Shown here: positions 1-15,318 of the stretch, in pieces
How the letters are laid out: the number at the start of each line of letters is the position of its first letter
Position numbering within the stretch: the stretch's first letter is position 1
Assembly (NCBI GenBank): GCA_964016885.1
Contig: OZ024742.1
Coordinates: 151,838,001-151,902,000, forward strand
Direction of reading: 5' to 3'
DNA from: Eledone cirrhosa
Taxonomy: Eukaryota
Length of the DNA stretch: 64,000 nt
Made by a program: the position numbers and the translations under genes
Notes under the pieces: model-generated
What the model saw: the letters and a program-made list of their open reading frames with translations, nothing else
Databases searched by the model: none
What the model was told of the DNA's origin: nothing

Positions 1-1000
1 CCCTTTGTTCTTTTTCCTCAGCACCAGGGTTTCACTTGCTTTCGCCACTGCATTGGTGAAGTGCCCGTACCTCCTCGTCACACTCTCCTCAGTCCATCCA
101 ATCTCTCTCTCCTCTGACTCTCCACACAGAGCACTAAACCTGTTTCTCACTTCCACTGTGAACCTCTCCTGTAGCTTATCATCTTCCTTGAAAGCTCCCC
201 AGTCATAGATTGTTCTCCGGGGCTGAGCCTTGCTCTTTCTTAAGCTCACGCGGACCTCACTTATAACAAGCCGGTGGTCACTACCCAGTGTACTGAAATA
301 GCTGTATGGTTCCGTGTTCAGAACACTATTCCGCCACTTTTTCTTCACCAGAATGAAATCAATCTGGGACTTGGACAGGTGCATATCTGAGATGTAGGTC
401 CACATCTTCCCCAGATTCTTCCTAAACCTTAGGTTGGTCGCCATCAAGTTCGCCTCCAGCAGGGTGTCTCTCAGTAGTCTTCCATTTCGGTTGGTGTTGT
501 TATGGAAGTACCAGCAAGGATCTTCAGTGCCCTCCTTACTCAGATGTGCATTGAAGTCCCCCAAAACAAGCAGGATATTGTGTGCCTGAGTGGTGTTGAG
601 AGCTCTACACACCTCATCATGGAACTCCTAGGCATTCACATCACTGTCCCCCTCGGTTGGACTATAGGCTGAGATGACTGTCAGTCTTGGGTTTCCATTG
701 AAGGTCACCCTCAACACTCGCGGGGAGATAGGCATTATTTCCCTCACCAACAGATTGGTTTTTGCACTGAACACGAAACCCACTCCTCCTACTGCAGCAT
801 TTGTTGTGTTCTTCACTGCCGATGTAGTGATGAGCTGGCTCTTCCTCCCGATCATCACACTCCTCACGGGCTCATCGTGTAGAATCCTGTGTTCTTGGAT
901 CGCAAGTATCTGTATACCACTCTCCTCGAACAGATGTCCCAACTCCTCTCTCTTCTCCAGCGTTCGAATAGTCCTCACATTCAAAGTGCCCATTTTGATG
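1..1000 (-). pseudogene. LINE APE endonuclease with an in-frame stop
   Basis: APE motif series interrupted by a single TAG at 628-630. Confidence 0.8.
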
Positions 1001-1380
1001 GCTCTTCTGCAGGACAAAACTGCATTCTTTATATTTGTCTCAGAGACAGCTGATCCATCATCCACTGGCCCTCTCTGTGGCTCTAAGCCAGCAGAGTCAT
1101 AACGACCAGGCTTCTCCTTGACAGTGTAATTAGGGGCTCTAACCCTAGTGCTGTTAGATCGACTCTCCATATTTCTTTTCAATGGCTGACAATACCTTAC
1201 CGGCGCCACTCGAATAAGGTAGTTATTTAACTCATAAATGGAGCCCTAACAAGTACTACCACCCCGGGCCAGGGCAGACCTGGGAGTCATGACAACTAAG
1301 GGGTAACTCCACATTCCCCACATCTCCTGAACTCCCGAACTGGAGCCTTGCCACTGGATGTAGTTTAATGTCATACCCAG
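1..1380 (-). mobile_element. 5' part of an RTE/RTEX-like LINE (5' UTR plus APE endonuclease), runs off the window edge
   Basis: ORF 628-1209 has GTLNVRT, ILAIQEHR, GGVGF and SAYSPT. Reading through the TAG at 628-630 continues with GDFNAH, SQIDFIL and GSDH, the APE motifs. Confidence 0.85.
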
Positions 1381-1382
1381 GC

Positions 1383-1416
<34 letters not shown>

Positions 1417-1448
1417 GTATATATATATATGCATATATATATAAATGC

Positions 1449-1525
<77 letters not shown>

Positions 1526-1570
1526 TATACATACACACATATATATATGTGCATATGTATATATATATAT

Positions 1571-2167
1571 GCACCAACCGGAGGTATATATATGGTCTTT
1601 AAAGCGATGAAATACCAATGAAGGTTGGAAGATCACTGATGAAGGACTAATTTATTCATATGTAACACATTTGCAACCACGCAGCACCCCATGTTTTCAT
1701 ATCAATATATAATTCCCTCCGCTGTGACCCGTCTGTTTCTTTCTTACGGCTTTCCCTTTTCTCTGTATCTCTCACTTCCTTCTACCCCTTCTAACAGTCA
1801 CTCTCTGTTAGCCTCTTCCTCACACTTTCAGTCACTCACTCTCTGCTACTACCTCTACTAATTCCTCCCATTTGACCTGTGCGAGATTCTTTCCTCACGC
1901 ACACTTTGACAAGGTCGGATGGTCTTTATTCTCTCTCGTCTACGATTTCACAGAACTTATGTTCATCGATTTCAGGGACTTAACTCCTTCTTCCTCACTT
2001 TTCGTTGCATTACCATCTTTGATTGTTTACTGTCTCACCCGTTCCCCTTATATACGTGTCCCAACGACTTTCATTAGCCGTTGCTCGCACCAACCGGAGG
2101 TATATGGTCTTTAAAGCGATGAAATACCAATGAAGGTTGGAAGATCACTGATGAAGAACTAACTTTA

Positions 2168-2172
<5 letters not shown>
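1571..2172. repeat. Unclassified dispersed repeat, about 516-bp unit plus about 85-bp terminal redundancy (copy 1)
   Basis: gcaccaaccggagg...ctgatgaag.actaa.tttattcat occurs at 1571 and again at 2087; second copy at 6769-7350. Confidence 0.8.
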
Positions 2173-2225
<53 letters not shown>

Positions 2226-2337
2226 AATAAGATATATATATATATATAAATAATATATATATATAATATATAATATATATATATATATAATATATATATA
2301 TATAATATATATATATATAATATATATATATAGATAT

Positions 2338-2370
<33 letters not shown>

Positions 2371-2573
2371 ATATATATATATATATAATATATGTATATA
2401 TAATATATATATATATATAATATATATATATAAATAATATATATATATAATATATATATATATATATAATATATGTATATATAATATATATATATATATA
2501 TAATATATGTATATATAATATATAAAATAAAGTTAAATAAAAGTCAAATGATTAAAATTTAGCTTCGTTTATT

Positions 2574-2628
2574 ACTGCTATATATATTTCAGTGACAGCC
2601 ATCTTTGGCTGTGACCTCTTCAGGCAGT
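2574..2628 (-). ncRNA. Type I hammerhead ribozyme (inverted copy)
   Basis: Reverse complement of 5335-5391 with a slightly shorter TA stem III. Confidence 0.75.
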
Positions 2629-3364
2629 TTGAATTAGTATGGTATAGACAAGTACATATGTTGTTTAGGTGTATGATATTGTCAATACTCTGATATGCCC
2701 AGTTCCTTGCTGGGTTGTTAATTCACTGGGGAACTGGAGTCATATGAATTCAAACAAACGAATTTTCGTGTCACAGGTCCCCTTCTCTGATATGCCCAGT
2801 TCCTTGCTGCGTTGTTAATTCACTGGGGAACTGGAGTCATATGAATTCAAACAAACGAATTTTCGTGTCACGGGTCCCCTTCTCCCCTAACATATAGTCC
2901 GAAAAGCCGGGAGGTGGATAGTCCAACAGACACCCACAACCGCGTTACCAGAGGGGGGAGGGCGAACCCTAACAATACAGGCAGAGCAAAATCGAATAGG
3001 CACCATGTACCAGACACCACCACACGGGCGGTGGGGACTAGTGCGCTTGACCACGAGATGGAGCACAATATGAGTAGCAGTCTCAGGCGTGATGCTAACT
3101 ACCCCCCAGGACGGACAACCCCAACCGCAGGACACGTGGGGGGGGGGAGGGAGGAATCGGGCGACCACCCCACGATGGATCTCCCGGGGCAGACAACAAC
3201 CACCCCACAAATCCGGGCCGTGAAGATAACAGAAAGTATAGAGCCCAAAAGGGAAGCAACAGTGCGGAAACCACCAGCAAACCAACAAATCTCCAACAAA
3301 TCACGAAGCCCCCAACCCACACATATAGGAGGAGACACCGACAAATCACGTGGTACAACCCACC

Positions 3365-4158
3365 CTACTCAGCGGCCCTAAAGAAAAGCTTGGCCCGATT
3401 GTTCTTTGGAGCACTTGACAAATGCTTCCCGAGGGACCACAGATACCACAGGATCTTCAACAGACACACTGTGAAGCTTTCGTATTCCACCACGAGAAAT
3501 TTGGCCCAACACATAGCTAGCATCAACAGAAGTAGGCTTAAAAACCACACACAACCAGAAGATGGAAATACAAACACTCAGCAGAACCATGTGAAAGGAG
3601 GGAAGGGGGGACCCAGAGCCCACCCAAGAAACACAAACAGACCCAAGGACCCCCCCACCGACCATGGGGGAAGACCAACATGTAACACATAATGAGAACC
3701 CTAATCTAAGCACGCAGAGGCCGCCCACCCTCTGCAACTGTAGAAACCCCGAATCATGCCCCCTTGGTAATGAATGTCTCAAGAAGAACATAGTGTACGG
3801 TTGTAGGGTTAAAACCCCCAACTCCGAACACCTCTACATAGGAGCCACATCAACGAGCTTTAAGGACCGCTGGTACAACCATCGCCATTCATTCAAGAAG
3901 GAGGCCAAAAGGAAAAGCACAGCTCTCTCCGACCTGATCTGGAAGCTTAAGCTGGACAGGACCCCATACTCTCTGGCCTCGTACATAATCAGGAAAGTAC
4001 CACCCGATAAAGGGGGATCTTGCATATGCAAACTATGCCTGAACGAGACCCTCGAGATACTAAGAGGTGGAAGCAGCCTGATAAACCTCAGAACCGACTT
4101 CTTCGGGACATGCAGACACCTTAGAGCCGGGACCTTTCTCAAAATATATGGACAGTAG
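3365..4158 (+). pseudogene. PLE RT thumb-linker and GIY-YIG endonuclease (frameshifted)
   Basis: CNC..CPL..C..NIVYGC..YIGAT..FKDRWYNH..CKLCLNE..CRH. Confidence 0.85.
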
Positions 4159-5334
4159 CAACACAAGAAGATGTGAACTCCCCTCAAGCTATAGGGACTT
4201 CTACAGAACATGAAAACACCTCTCGGCCAGACCTCCCTCAAGCTATATGGACAATTACAACACCCTAGGTTGTGAACTCCCCTCAAGCCATAGGGAACAA
4301 CCCAGGCGGAGCAGACACCATGATAGCCTAGAGACAGAATCGGACACAGCCATAATAATCTGGCCAACATCTATAACACAAACACTTTTAATTTACCAGA
4401 TTTCTGACTTTAAAGTTCCAATCTTAAATCTTGATTTCTCTATATTAATTTGTTATTTGTTTTCTGCCCTCTTCACTGTATAACCTTATATTTATTTTAA
4501 GTTGAGATAGATTATAACACAAACACATTGAATATCTCATCTTAACATCTTGTATCATACCAATCTATCCAACATATTCTGACCTTGAGATTGGTTATAG
4601 CACACACACACTTTATCCTACATTATTTCTCACTTCTCCATATACATTATCATTACTTTTTCACCAATCTCTCATTTACTCTTTATTCTTTATTCTCTAT
4701 TTATTTATTTATTTTCAAATTACACAAATTATATTAATTATTTTATTTTATTATATTATTTATTTATCTTCTGTTTTCTTCATTTATTGCCTTATATTTC
4801 TTCATATACATGAAACCCCCCCCCCCCCCACCACCACTACGATGGTGGCGGGTGGGATGAAGAGAAAACACAAACTGAATACTTCTAAATTGTTAGCAGC
4901 AGCAAGATATAAGCTGACCACTACAACAACAACAGTACCAAAATAATGGTGGAGGTCAAATGTACTGAACAATAGCAGGCATAAACACTACAGGGAGCCT
5001 CACCCCAGAAAAAATTCTATAGACTTCTGACTGAGGAATGCTCTCAGAACTGAACAATGGGAAGTTTGACACATTTTTTGATATTTTGTTCCTTCAACAC
5101 CTTGTCCCTTCTACCATTTTATCAATTTTTAAGCTAACTCCAACAATGACAACACTAATAACTGAGCAATGAGAGGAGAAGGGGACCTGTGACACGAAAA
5201 TTCGTTTGTTTGAATTCATATGACTCCAGTTCCCCAGTGAATTAACAACCCAGCAAGGAACTGGGCATATCAGAGTATTGACAATATCATACACCTAAAC
5301 AACATATGTACTTGTCTATACCATACTAATTCAA

Positions 5335-5391
5335 ACTGCCTGAAGAGGTCACAGCCAAAGATGGCTGTCACTGAAATATATATATAGCAGT
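5335..5391 (+). ncRNA. Type I hammerhead ribozyme
   Basis: actgc-CTGAAGA-g.tcacagcc/ggctgtca.t-GAAA-tatatata-TA-gcagt; stem I actgc/gcagt. Confidence 0.8.
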
Positions 5392-5579
5392 AATAAACGA
5401 AGCTAAATTTTAATCATTTGACTTTTATTTAACTTTATTTTACACTACTCCGGAGTAACCAAACCAACCTGCGCACTTCGTCGAGTGCTCCAGCCTGCAT
5501 ACTGTGGTGTTGGTATACAACCAACATAAACTCAAAATCTATATATAATATATATATATAATATATATATATAAATAAT

Positions 5580-5638
<59 letters not shown>

Positions 5639-5735
5639 AGTGTAACTTGCAGTTACTGTAGATTCACTCGGGTGAGCACTCGATGTTTAGGTTCACTTCT
5701 GTGTCGAGGTGTAGAGCTATACAGAGTGTATTATA

Positions 5736-5950
5736 TTGAAAAGATAACAAGGGCGATTGGTTACTCCTTCATTACATTTATTGGTAGATGACGCACGTTT
5801 CTACTAGCATTTTAAAGGGTCCGTCGAGCTGCGAATTATAGAGTCGAGTAAGATCGATACAGATTTAACCTTGAGCTGATCAGTGGCGAAACGCGCGTCA
5901 CCTACCAATAAATGTAATGAAGGAGTAACCAATCGTTCTTGTTATCTTTT

Positions 5951-5954
<4 letters not shown>
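5736..5954. repeat. Fold-back remnant (about 65-bp inverted arms), likely a PLE pLTR end
   Basis: 5736-5801 is complementary to 5888-5954; contains GAAAcgcgcGTC and AATAAA. Confidence 0.6.
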
Positions 5955-6021
<67 letters not shown>

Positions 6022-6024
<3 letters not shown>

Positions 6025-6098
6025 GGTGTCCGCCTAAAAAGTAGACACATTTGAGTTATCTGTTGTTGAAGTGTGTATACATTTTGTGGAACACCCTG
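6022..6098. mobile_element. Tc1/mariner-type MITE
   Basis: TIRs CAGGGTGTCC...GGAACACCCTG with internal complementarity, in TA context. Confidence 0.7.
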
Positions 6099-6560
6099 AA
6101 TATATATATATATATATTCATTTTATTAAAGCTAAATAGTAAGTCTTGTTGCTCTGGAGTTTCGCCTGTTTATGATAGGTTCATCAAAAAATGACTAACG
6201 TTTCAATAGGGGACGTAGTTTAAATAAAGGAAGAATCGAAGTGAGGAGGGGGTTTTAAAGGAGGTGAGGTGGTGGTGGTGGTAGGTGGAGGATAGGACTG
6301 TATGATGAAGAAGATGATAATGGGGGATAATGAACATAGCTATAAAATTAATTATAAACGACATCGATATATAACCTTTACTCATTCCCACTACACCAAC
6401 ACCACCATCGTCACCCATACTGTCCCTCACCATTCCCCACAATACAATATTCACACACCCACTTGCCCATCGTGTGCATGCATTGGAATTTGTATGTTCA
6501 TAATCATATGTATATGTGAGTATGTATATACACATATGTGTGCATGTGTATATATATGTA

Positions 6561-6640
<80 letters not shown>

Positions 6641-6768
6641 CTTTCTTTGTTTCAGAAGATCCCGTTAAGGGTGAAAGCAGCGATTCTTTGCTTAAACTTT
6701 AATCTGTTATTTTAATAAATATATATATACACACATATATATATATGTGCATATGTATATATATATAT

Positions 6769-7350
6769 GCACCAACCGGAGGTATATGGTCTTTAAAGCG
6801 ATGAAATACCAATGAAGGTTGGAAGATCACTGATGAAGGACTAATTTATTCATATGTAACACATTTGCAACCACGCAGCACCCCATGTTTTCATATCCAT
6901 ATATAATTCCCTCCGCTGTGACCCGTCTGTTTCTTTCTTACTGCTTTCCCTTTTCTCTGTATCTCTCACTTCCTTTTGTCCCTCTAACAGTCACTCTCTC
7001 TGTTAGCCTCTTCCTCACGCTTTCACTCTCTCACTCTCTGCTACTCCCTCTCCTACTTCCTCCCGTTTGACCTGTGCGAGATTCTTTCCTCACGCACACT
7101 TTGACCAGGTCGGATGGTCTTTATTCTCTCTCGTCTACGATTTCACAGAACTTATGTTCATCGATTTCAGTGACTTAACTCCTTCTTCCTCACTTTTCGT
7201 TGCATTACCATCTTTGTTTGTTTACTGTCTCGCTTGTACCCCTTATTTACGTGTCCCAACGACATTCTTGAGGCGTTGCTCGCACGAACCGGAGATGAAA
7301 TACCAATGAAGGTTGGAAGATCACTGATGAAGGACTAAATTTATTCATAT
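6769..7350. repeat. Copy 2 of the 1571-2172 repeat
   Basis: Highly similar sequence with the same start and end points. Confidence 0.8.
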
Positions 7351-7370
7351 ATATATATATATATATAGGC

Positions 7371-7431
<61 letters not shown>

Positions 7432-8207
7432 TCTATATGTATATATATATATGTATTTATATATATTTTATATATGTATATATATATATATCGTAAAACA
7501 TGTCATTAGAATCACTAGATATAATATATACCATTTCCTCTCCCAATTAGCATAATTAACCATATAAAAAATCAATTAGCCCAAGCTATAAGAATAAAGG
7601 CTCCTATGAAGAAATCTCCGACAAATAACCGAAAGCAGCCCCTTCGCGAAGTTTGATTTTACACCTAATTGTGTTTGGTTGACTGTATATCTGGTCGATT
7701 TCTACATGCTGTCGAAATGTTCGATACATACTCCATCGTAGCCACCGCGAAGGGGCTGCTTTCGGTTATTTGTCGGAGATTTCTTCATAGGAGCCTTTAT
7801 TCTTATAGCTTGGTCTAATTGATTTTTTTATATGGTTAATTATGCTAATTGGGAGAGGAAATGGTATATATTATATCTAGTGATTCTAAAGACATGTTTT
7901 ATGATATATAGCTCTGATTATTTAATTTATTAATTCTTCATTGAGCCACAACGTGACCTGTTGCAAAACACATATATATCTATGACTTTATATATATATG
8001 TAAACCTTTATATGTAATAATCTCCCGTTAGGTTGAGATACAATTTGGCTAGATTGGGCCGCGCTTTCGAGCAATAAGCCTATCCGCACTAAGCAACTAA
8101 TCACATCCTTTCTAACTTGGCCGCTGCCACGTCATGATTCGTAGCCATTTTTGAATGTATTTTTGGCGCGATCACTTTGGAAAATTAAATGTCTAATTTT
8201 GAGTTCA

Positions 8208-8281
8208 CTCCTGATGAATCCGAAGCTCTAGACATTCCCTGTTGTCAGAAGTCTTAAAATACGCATGAAACCATGGTAGAG
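8208..8281 (+). ncRNA. Type I hammerhead ribozyme with a long stem II loop
   Basis: ctc-CTGATGA-atccg...cgcat-GAAA-ccatgg-TA-gag. Confidence 0.65.
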
Positions 8282-8577
8282 GTAATTTGGTACGTACGCA
8301 TTTATTCTAAGTTTGATTTTACACCTAATTGTGTTTGGTTGACTGTATATCTGGTCGATTTCTACATGCTGTCGAAATGTTCGATAAATACACCATCGTA
8401 GCCACCGCGAAGGGGCTGCTTTCGGTTATTTGTCGGAGATTTCTTCATAGGAGCCTTTATCCTTATAGCTTGGTCAAATTGATTTTTTATATGGTTAATT
8501 ATGCTAATCGGGAGAGGAAATGGTATATATTATATCTAGTGATTCTAAAGACATGTTTTATGATATATAGCTCTGAT

Positions 8578-8765
8578 GCGGTGGATTGGCAGTATCGGTA
8601 GAGGGCCGGACGCCATGCTTTGACGCATAGAGTTACGTCCCTTGCCATTCTGAGTTCAAATCCCGCCAAGGTTAACTTTGCCTTTCATCCTTACGGGGTC
8701 GATAAAATAAAGTACCAGTAATGCACTGGGTAATTCCTGGCCTTGTGCCTAAAGTAGAAACAATT
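8578..8765 (+). mobile_element. tRNA-derived SINE
   Basis: B box GAGTTCAAATCC and central domain ctttgcctttcatccttacggggtcgataaaataaagtaccag; absent from the paralogous site at about 7918. Confidence 0.85.
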
Positions 8766-8896
8766 ATTTAATTTATTAATTCTTCATTGAGCCACAACGT
8801 GACCTGTTGCAAAACACATATATATCTATGACTTTATATATATGTAAACCTTTATATGTATGTATGTATATATATATATATATATATGTGTATTTA

Positions 8897-8950
<54 letters not shown>

Positions 8951-9182
8951 ATTTATATATATAATATATATATATGTATATATGTATATGCCTATATATA
9001 TATATATATATGCATATGCATACATATACATAGGCACATATATATATGTGTATATATATGGGTATATATATGCATATATATATGTGCATATATATGCATA
9101 TATATATATATATATGCATATATATATGCATATATATATATACACATATATATATGTGCATATGTATATATATATATATATA

Positions 9183-10388
<1,206 letters not shown>

Positions 10389-11039
10389 CGGTATTCTAAT
10401 CCTATTGTATCTCTCTCAGTTATTTACCATGCGACCCTCAGTTCCTACCCCCCCTCTCTATGCACTTCTTTAAGGCTTACTACCCTGTCTTTAACCTAAT
10501 TCATTCAATCTGAAAATATTGAAGAGATAAGACACTTTCCCATACTTCTCTGCTAAAATGTATCACTAGAGTTGATTCCAATTTTTCCAGGCATCCATCT
10601 AATCTACGAAGGTATTTTAGCCTACATATTGTCGTTAATATTATGATGTTCCCTGCTGTATTAGCGTTAAATTTTCCCTGCTGTATTAGCGATGAATTTT
10701 CGAGGGTTTCTCTTAGTAGTTTTTCATGACGTTATTATTGTTAATTTTACTGATGTAGTATTAACTTGGATATTTACCATGCGACCCTCAGTTCCTACCT
10801 CACAATTTCCCTCCCCCCCACCCCCACACACCACCATAGTCTATTCGACCAATCAAACCTAGCATGCCATTTCCACTGCTGCTGCTACTACCTGCCTAAC
10901 TAACTCTCTCCTCCTCTGGCGCATCCCAACACACCCTGCCATTACCCCACCACCACTGTTCTTCTAGCCCTCAATTTTCCCACCGTTATGGATGGATGAG
11001 CTGGGAATACACGAGCAACTCTGAATCAATAGATGAAAT

Positions 11040-14000
11040 ATGAATCTGCGAGCTACCAAGCACCCACGTGAAGCGCCAACCCAGAGACCCTCCCCTACGA
11101 GTGTCGACAAATGCCCAAAACTCCGAGTTGGTACCATCAATGTAGGCTCAATGAAAGGAAGAGCAGGAGAAATCGTAGAAATGCTAGAGCGAAAGGAAGT
11201 TGATGTATGCTGTGTGCAAGAGACTAGATGGAGAGGAGGGTCTGCTAGAGTCCTTGTAGGAAAAAGCCAGTGCTACAAATTTTTCTGGGTGGGAAATGAC
11301 GATGGGATGGGTGGTGTAGGTATACTATTAGCTGACAAGTGGGTAGATAAAGTAATCTCAGTGTACAGGGTAAATGCAAGAATCATTAAACTCAGACTAG
11401 TCCTGAATAAGACAATTACCACAATAATATCAGCTTACGCACCCCAATCGGGGCTGCCAGACGAACTTAAGGATAGGTTTTACGAGTCCCTAATACACAC
11501 TACTGCTCTATCAGACGACAAAGACTTCCTAATCATTGCAGGAGATTTTAACGGACACGTAGGTAAACACTGCGACGGCTTCAATAGAGTACATGGAGGC
11601 CATGGAGTTGGCACAAGGAATGAGGAAGGATTCAGACTTCTAGAATTCTGCGACGCCAATGACATGTCGATATGTAACACAAACTTTAAAAAACCCGACA
11701 ACCACCTGATCACCTATAGATCATGGGAGCACTCTAGTCAGTTAGATTTTATCCTCATCAGAGGACGTGACAGATGGACGGTCGTAAACACAAAAGCCTT
11801 CCCTAGTGAGGAATGTACATCCCAACATAGCTTAGTTGTCAGCGACCTCACGGTCAGAACTAGACGAGCCCTGAAACAGAGGCCAACCTGGAGAAGAAAG
11901 ATCTGGAAGCTGAAAGTCCCCTCAACCAGTAACAGATTTAAAGATATTTTACTCAACGCCTACGACAGTAAAGAAGAACAGATATAGACATTTAACGTAG
12001 AAGAGAACTGGGAGTTCCTAAAAAATAACTTACTAGAGTCGACGGATGAGGTTTGTGGCTGGAGTAAGACCTCAAGCAGGAGGAGAGTGACTTGGTGGTG
12101 GAACAATAAGGTAGATGAAGCAGTCAAGGCCAAGAGACAGGCATGGAAAGAATGGAAGAACGGGGGGAGCAGGGTACATTACATAGAGACCAAGAGGGAA
12201 GCTAGGCGACAAGTATACTTAGCTAGGAGGGAAGCAGAGGATAGAAAATTCAAGCATGTTTTACAACGTGAGGACCAGAAACAGGAGGTATTCAAGATTG
12301 CGAGGCAGTTTGTCAGAGATAGTTGTGATGTCATTGGAGAGAAGTGTATCCGGAATGATAAAGGTGAGCTTGCCCTCACAAGTGCTGAGAAGAAAGATGC
12401 ATGGAAGAGTCATTATGATAGATTACTAAATGAGGAGAATGCATGGGAAGAAGAGACCCTACCCCACGTAGACCCTATAGAGGGACCAGCAGTACAAGTC
12501 AGCGGCAGCGTAGTAAGTAAGGCAATCAGAGATATGAAGATAGGGAAGGCAACCGGTCCATCGGGTATAGCTGCCGAGATGCTGAAGGCATCTGGGTCTG
12601 TAGGTCACACTATAACCACACGTATCGTTAACCAGGTAATACTAGAGGGGGCCATACCAAAAGATTGGTGCAGTAGCATCATTGTCAACTGCTACAAAGG
12701 TAAAGGCGATGCACTAGATAGAGGAAACTATAGAGGTATAAAGTTGATGGACCAGGTCATGAAAGTAACAGAAAGAGTTATAGCACAGCTGATTAGGGAC
12801 CGGGTGAATATAGACGAGATGCAATTTGGGTTTGTACCAGGGAAAGGCACCACTGATGCCCTCTTCCTTGTGAGGCAATTACAGGAAAAGTACCTAGCTA
12901 AAAGTAAGCCACTCTACTTGGCATTTGTCGACCTTGAGAAAGCCTTTGACAGAGTTCCACGTGCAGTAATCTGGTGGGCTCTTAGAAAACTAGGAGTAGA
13001 TGAATGGCTTGTGAAAGCGGTACAAGCCATGTATAGGGGAGCAGTCAGCAAAGTTAGGATTGGCAATGAGTATAGCGAGGAATTTAGCGTACAGGTTGGG
13101 GTCCACCAGGGCTCTGTTCTTAGCCCTCTCCTGTTCATCATAGTCCTGCAGGCAATAACGGAGGAGTTTAAGACCGGATGCCCATGGGAACTCCTGTATG
13201 CTGATGACCTCGCACTCATAGCTGAATCTATGGTAGAACTAGAGAATAAATTCCAAACCTGGAAGCAGGGACTAGAGAGAAAGGGCCTCAAAGTCAACAT
13301 GACAAAGACTAAGGTCCTTATAAGTAGACGAGAAAACAGAACCCAGATCCCCTCAGGGAAATGGCCTTGCTCAGTATGTAGGAAAGGTGTAGGTAGGAAC
13401 TCCATTCTCTGCCCCAAATGCAAACAATGGGTACACAAGAGATGTAGCGGGATCTCAGGAAGCTTAATTAAGAATGTAGGATTCACATGCAGCAGCTGTG
13501 CTGAAACAGCAAGCAAACAGCCACAAGAAACAAGTACCACCAATCTCTGGGAGGGCCCTGTAGAAACAGTAGACAGCTTCTGCTACCTAGGTGACCGAAT
13601 TAGCAACGGAGGTGGGTGCTCAGAAAGTACAATAACTAGGGTAAGAACGGGATGGAAGAAGTTTAGGGAACTACTACCACTGCTAGCTGCAAAAGGCTTC
13701 TCCCTCAGAATGAAAGGCAGACTGTATGATGCGTGTATCCGAACAGCGATGTTGCATGGTAGTGAGACCTGGGCGCTGAAGGTGGAAGACTTACGTAGAT
13801 TAGAGAGAAACGAAGCCTGCATGCTCCGATGGATGTGTAACAGTAATATACGTGAACGACAAAGCATAAAGGAATTGAGAGAGAGACTGAGCATAAGAGG
13901 AATCAAATGCTGCGTGCAGGAGAGGCGGTTACGCTGGTATGGACATGTGATGCGTATGAAGGATGACAGCTGCATAAAAAGGTGCAGAGCACTAGAAGTT

Positions 14001-14159
14001 GATGGAAACCGCGGAGTGGGGAGACCCAAGATGACTTGGGATGAGGTGATAAAAGCCGACCTTACCCAACTACACCTCTCAAAGTCAATGACACACGACC
14101 GTGACTTCTGGCCTCACGCAGTAATACAGGGTACCCGACCTCCCATGGGTACATGCTGA
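11040..14159 (+). pseudogene. APE-RT polyprotein with one nonsense codon (11985-11987) and a PHD-like finger inserted in the RT
   Basis: GTINVGS, QETRW, GDFNGH, LDFIL; NYRGIKL, FVDLEKAFDRV, QGSVLSP, YADD, FCYLG; both ORFs are in the same frame. Confidence 0.9.
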
Positions 14160-14463
14160 AGCATATAAACAATATGCCCCCCCCCCCCACCGCAAGGTGG
14201 TCGTGGAGGTGCCACGGCAAAAAAGCACCCAGCCCACACTGTAAAGTGGACGTGTAGGCGCCACGAAAAAGCACCCAGCACTCACTGTAAATGAGGTTGG
14301 TGTTAGGAAGGGCATCCAGCTGTAGAAATCAAGCCAGATCAGTTCCTGTATGAGCAAGGCATGGTCAGCCGACCAGACACTGCCCACAACAGGACAACCC
14401 GTCTAGCCCATGCTAGCGTGGAAGAACGGACGTAAAACGGTGATGATGATGATGATGATGATG
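11040..14463 (+). mobile_element. Near-full-length RTE-clade LINE
   Basis: APE + RT in one frame; 3' UTR ends in a (TGA)n tail at 14440-14463. Confidence 0.92.
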
Positions 14464-14506
<43 letters not shown>

Positions 14507-14700
14507 CATACATATATATATATATATACACACATACACACATACATACATACACATACACATATACACACACATACGCATGCATATATATATACATATA
14601 TATATATACATATACATATATATATACATATATATACATATATACACATATATACATACACACACACACATGCACACCCACACACACATATATACATATT

Positions 14701-14773
<73 letters not shown>

Positions 14774-14886
14774 ACCCATACACACACATATATATATACA
14801 TATACACGTATGTATGTATATATATATACATATACATGTATGTATGTATATGTATGTATATGTATATGTATATGTATATATATGTG

Positions 14887-14919
<33 letters not shown>

Positions 14920-14920
14920 A

Positions 14921-14961
<41 letters not shown>

Positions 14962-15070
14962 ATGTATGTATGTGTATATATGTGTGTGTGTATGTGTGTG
15001 TATATGTGTATATATAATATGTATATGTGTGTGTGTAAAAATATATGTATGTATATGTGTATGTATGTGT

Positions 15071-15120
<50 letters not shown>

Positions 15121-15275
15121 GTATATATGTATGTACATACGTGTATATATGTGTGCATATATGTGTTTATATGTATGTATGTGTATATGTATGTTTGTAT
15201 GTGTGTTTGTATGTGTATATATATATGTATATGTATGTGTATGTGTGTGTGTATATATATATATATATGTGTATA

Positions 15276-15318
<43 letters not shown>

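Larger units (their letters stand above)
2523..5540 (+). mobile_element. 5'-truncated Naiad-type PLE with inverted pLTR copy at its 5' end
   Basis: 2523-2787 is the reverse complement of about 5177-5442; thumb/linker (HRYHRIFNRHTVKLSYS) and GIY-YIG fragments; HHR in pLTR. Confidence 0.85.
7493..8858 (+). repeat. Non-coding tandem unit (about 660 bp, about 1.5 copies) with HHR and 5' inverted arm
   Basis: aagtttgattttacacc at about 7649 and about 8309; 7493-7648 is inverted relative to 7746-7901. Confidence 0.8.

Noticed and set aside
2914-3381. 155-aa ORF as a separate gene
   Set aside because: Low-complexity linker region of the PLE ORF with no independent gene features.
4170-4295. CRISPR-like short repeats (ctcccctcaagctatagg, three copies)
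   Set aside because: Eukaryotic TE 3' UTR minisatellite; no cas genes and irregular, partly similar spacers.
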